Origin: Lingula anatina
Lineage: Eukaryota; Animalia; Brachiopoda
Direction: 5' to 3'
Assembly (NCBI GenBank): GCA_051362555.1
Contig: CM120640.1
Location: 32,693,967 to 32,757,966 of the forward strand
Length of the DNA: 64,000 nt
This document shows positions 38,542 to 64,000 of this stretch, one piece after another. Both the position numbers and the translations under genes were made by a program. Position 1 is the stretch's first letter. Every line of letters starts with the position of its first letter. The notes beneath the pieces were generated by a model that saw only the letters and a program-made list of their open reading frames with translations, had not been told where the DNA came from and made no database searches.

Positions 38542-41500
38542 CAGTGATCCAAGACTCATTTCGCTTCAGTGCGTGGTTGGAAGCAATCGTGGCCCTGTTA
38601 CCTTGAATTCTCTTAAAGAAAAATACCAGACCAGAACTGACATCAAGAAAATGTCTTGTGTGAGACATTGAATGCTTAATCATTATAAGTTTTTAAGGAA
38701 TTTGTTTGTGAAAAAGAGACCACAGCTGTTATGTCATATTTTATATAATAAAATCTGTATGTAGTTTAGGAATGTCACAGTCTGTTTTTTTTTTATTATT
38801 AAATTGCTTTTTATAAAAGCCAAACAAGGTTTTGTGTAATGCAATTGTATACAATTATCTCTAGTTACTCTGTTTTATGTGCAGATACTTTTTGTGTCTG
38901 TATATATTCAAATAACTTTTGGCTGTATTTGCCAATTTTACTAAGTTTAGTATTTCCTCTGGTAAATGCACTTGGCAAACACAACTAACAGAAAAAACAG
39001 TATCTTTAACTGATTTATCAAGTAAAATGTTTTTTAAGTTGTCACAAATTACAGTTAAATGTCAACAGGCAGTGGCCATTTTTTACTCTTTTTTTTCTCT
39101 AATTTTGTTTTGGCTCCTGACAAATCACAAGATGTTTCTTTCAAAAGGGACCCCCTGTATGGCACCACATGTGCAAAATTGTTACTGAAACAAATAGCAA
39201 ACCAGTTGCAAGGAGAAATACTCCAAACTATAATAGTTGAACCTAACAGAAACCCCCCACTGCACTGAAAAACATATCAACAAGCAGTTTGGCAACATTG
39301 CTGTGTGCAGCCTGTCAAAATTGAAGCTGGGGCTCCACACAGAAGATAAACATACTCATCCCTTCTGTAGGTGTGGAGTGGCCAATGACTAAAACCTATA
39401 GGCAAAACTTGAGATAAACATTGGACTGTATCAGAAGTACCAAAGGCTTGCGCCATATGGGTATCCACTCTCCGCTGTCAGTGTGGTTACCAAGATTGAA
39501 TCACTGTGATAATAATAACGAACTTGTAATCTGGTTTAAGTGCTGACGATAAATGGCAGTAAAGCTTAGAGTGAATTTTCGTGTCTCTTGGGGCCTCGAG
39601 CAGCTATTTTAATGTACAACTCAAATTTAAACAACAATATCATCTTTTTGTGAACAAGTAGACATCCTAAAACTGGGTATAGGTATTATTACAATACTCT
39701 AGTCAGTATTTAAATAAAAGGTTTATTTAACAAATACATTATTGATTCCCCATTTTGCAGCTATTCTGTTAATGATTATCTTGTAATGTACAGGTATTTA
39801 GAATTTCAAGCTTCCTTGAAAGATTTCAGTTAAATGTGTTCTGAACATGATATTCACCACATTTTTGTGTAATTCCGTCTATTCAGGCGTCACACAGTAT
39901 TTACTGATCAAGTCTACTTGGTCATTTACCCTGGAAATGACTTTTAAAATATTGATGTCAGTTAATGGACACACTTTGTATGGATTACTGGCAAGTAATG
40001 TGATGCTACTCTAATTGCTACATGGTTGGTTCTCTGTACTGTTTTCTATTTAAATTACCATCTTTCTTCTGTCTGTTTAAATGGCTCCCTCCGACAAAAC
40101 ACTCCGACTTAAAATGTTTCCTTTGAGTTGAATTGCTTAAGTGCCAGTTGAAATTTACTTCCCAGGGATGGAGACTTGTGAATTCAACACTGGGATTGTC
40201 AATTTGTGTCCATTGGATGCAGAACCATGTGAATGTCTTGCATAAAAATAAATGAGACACATTCCTGGTATTTTTTCCCAAAATTAAAATATTCATAACT
40301 GCATTTGTTATATATACAATGTAAATGTTCGTTTTTTTTTTTTTTAAACATAATTTTTGAAGAGTAATCTACATTATAAAGAGATCAATACAGACAGAAG
40401 GATGGGATGTATACACAATTCATCGAGTATTTGTCATTCAGTTTCAAAATCGAATTAAAAGCCCTACTTGTTTTAATTGTATCCAAATTACTTTCAAGAC
40501 AGCTGCTTATCACACGTGCAATCCCCACAATATGCCATTGACCGTGTATCCCTTCATTATGGAGTCAGCTTTCATCTCCTGCTGCTATGTAATAGATATC
40601 TGTTCAACCCAAACAAACATAATGAGCTGGCAGCATATTGTTACAGGTGACCTCACCGAGTGGCAAGTGCCCATAATGTGGGTGGGCATGTAGCACTAGT
40701 TACATCAGAGAGCTGCTGGGTCATTACACTCCCATTAACATCCTTGATCCTACCCAAGAGCAGGATCCCCTTAGATCCACACAATTTATTGAATTTCTTC
40801 ACCAGGCAAAGTCACTTAGGAATTGATGTTCATAGCAGGTAGAATGAGGCACCCTGAATTTCAGAGGACATTGGAAACTCCCCTTTCTTCTATCCATCCC
40901 ATGCTGACACTATAGAGGCGAGTTGCTGATGTCCTATGAAACTCGGGGTGCAAGGAGAGGATTAACTTTCCCATATGGCCACTTGAAAGATCAGATTCCA
41001 ATGTTACCTAACATTAAGATTATCCCACAGTAAACTGAATTTGTGGCAAGGAGGAACTGGGATGACAATGCATCATCAATAACTCCATTAGTGGTCAGAA
41101 ATGTCATAATGGAAACACAGCTGTGGGGAACTTCAGGATACGAAAATGAATTACCTAGATCAGTTCTGTTGAGATGCATAACAACTCAGTCTTTGGGTCT
41201 GTAGCTGAAATGAGCTGGTTCATGTTGCCAGACACTTCAGGTTTTAAAACTTGCCTTGTAAGTAAGCTCTAACAGGTATTGACAATTTCAAGCTGGGGTC
41301 GAATCGATTATCAACTCGGTATTTTAAAGGTGCAAGTGATTGTGATCGATATAGGCGAGATAGTAGTTGACCGGTTAAGAATTTCACATAAAATTGAAAT
41401 ACAATAAAGCCAATACCAAAACATACAATATGTTCATACATTTATTCATAATGACAGATGATCACAGTTACTGCATACAATATGCACCAATGACGATGAG

Positions 41501-43212
41501 AAATGATGTATAAATATTAAGTCTGTCTGAGTAACTTCTTTAAAAGGTTGGGGAACTTTCTAGCTGTTCAAAGGTTTACAGCTGTATTAACTTAATGCTG
41601 AAAGAGAATGAATTGCACACCTTATATCTAAAATAGACTTTCTTTTCTACATTTCATTAAGCCCTTATCATGATAAGAGCTGGATTAATTTCAATTTTCC
41701 ATAATTTTAAAGCAGTTTACCATGATATGGGAAAATTACCTCAAGTGTCTCCATAAATAATTTTTAACCTTAAAAAAATACTTAAAAAAAAAAAAAAACT
41801 TAAAAAAAAACTTTTGTAAGATTTTAAACTTTTCCAGCAAGCTTATCTGAGAAAAAAATTGTACTCTTGTAAATAGTAGAGCGTGGAGTTTTATAAATGC
41901 ATTGTCTGGTATTCTTGCAAAACTGACATTTATGGATATTTTATAAAGCAACATTATGACGCATATAAAAAGATGAACTGAAATAAGAAGGAAAAGCAAA
42001 AGGAGAAACTAACATTAAATATAATCTAAGTTACCAACAAAATTTCAACATCCAATAAAATAAGGTTACTAACATCAGACGACTTCAAAGTATGAGGTTT
42101 TAAGCACTGACGAGGACTGTGCATTTACAGTGCATTCAAATGTTTTCAATTTGTCAGAAAAAGATACTGTTATTTTTCTGGGAACTAAAGATGAAAGGGG
42201 TCTCCAACACTATCTGTTACCATGTTACTCACTGAAATTTCGCATTAACATTCTTGTGTATAACTGAAGCACCATCAATGAATTATACATGGCAAAATAA
42301 AACAATTACTCACAAAATGTTCTGAAGATTATGAAAGGATTAGTGACTTCCTTCTACCACCAAACAATTCAGCAATATATGTCAGTTAAATTGATAAACA
42401 AATATCTGAATTTTACTAGATCATGTTGCATGATGGATCCAGCAAGATTGCCCATGCACACCAGAAAATGTCCTGTGCTTGCGAACATTGGTGTTAACTG
42501 AATTTCTGCAAATTGAAATCTAGCAAAACTGGGATCCTTTTGTAATCCTCAGGAGGTGACATTTAATGAAAGGACTTAGGAGTGATTTTCTGTATGTATA
42601 TATATATATATTGGGTGTTTTATTTACCCAAAGCAGTGGTAAATTTTCAAATTTAATTTTAAAATGAAATTATATAAAGGAAAACCTGGAGTGTGTAAGA
42701 CTTCGACTATATCACCATTGTTGCTTGATTATCCAATTTTCCAACCTGCTTCACTGAATTTGAGAAAATAATTTCATTTCAACCATGAAACTCATAAGCA
42801 TATATTTTCATGATTACAAAATAAAAGAACATTTTCTTTTCAAAAAAGAACTTATTTTCATTTCAAACCAATATCAGCCAAGTAAGAGAAATAAATAGAA
42901 ACCATGCCTAATGAGAGGTCTTCATTTCTGCTCAATGTTGGTAACCCCGAATACATTTATATACTGAATGAATGGCACATGTTTACAGACAGATTTATAT
43001 ATAGCACCAAATACAGGACCCAAGCATGTATAGACAACATCATCAACATTTTTACGTTGCCACTTTCACAGTTCAGCTGGGTCCATTTCCGCCTCATAAA
43101 AAAACATGGTAAGAACTCTTTCAATCTCCTTGCCACTCGTCCCAGACAACATTACAATAAATATTTATTTTAAATCTGAACATTATTTTCAACTACACAA
43201 AATATTTCTGTA

Positions 43213-63735
<20,523 letters not shown>

Positions 63736-64000
63736 CTAGAACATGGATAATATGACAGATGATGAAATGGAGAAAGTAAAATGTGAAATGGTAAAAAGGT
63801 CTGTTTAAATTGGTGTACCATCTAGTCCCTATTCTCCAGAATAAGCAACTTCTCTTCTTCCTTTTAGCCATCTCATAGTGATGACCACACAAACCTTATC
63901 AAGTTATAATAAAATATTTTTAAAGTTCTACTGCTTATAGGCCCAGCTGTATGTTTGAAGTATTTTTGACCTAGATAGGTCTTAGGAAGACTAATTTACT

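Noticed and set aside
39200-41450. Slightly GC-richer blocks and short ORFs between LHFPL and NF1, considered as a hidden gene or alternative NF1 terminal exon
   Set aside because: No recognisable protein similarity or consistent splice structure; most simply 3' UTR or intergenic sequence.

Overview
AT-rich, intron-containing animal DNA, most like an invertebrate (lophotrochozoan/mollusc-like) genome; the taxon is inferred, not shown. Five protein-coding genes were reconstructed by hand from splice signals and reading frames: (1) the 5' part of AKAP10 (minus, runs off the left edge); (2) an Anp1/Mnn9/Van1-family (GT62) type II membrane glycosyltransferase with an uninterrupted CDS (minus); (3) a complete 26-coding-exon separase ESPL1 (plus), head-to-head with the glycosyltransferase; (4) a two-exon LHFPL-family tetraspan gene (plus); (5) the 3' two-thirds of neurofibromin NF1 (minus, runs off the right edge). 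Several non-autonomous DNA transposons are present, including two copies of a ~255-bp almost fully palindromic MITE and a Kolobok-like TTAA element. The most interesting signal is in NF1. The GAP-domain exon carrying the FLR motif occurs as two diverged tandem copies whose phases force mutually exclusive use. The intron between them folds into a long stem-loop, one arm of which can alternatively mask the second exon's 3' splice site, suggesting an RNA-structure splicing switch. Two candidate NF1 microexons, a GC-AG intron and a CDE/CHR element in the separase promoter were also found. No tRNA, rRNA or CRISPR array was recognised.
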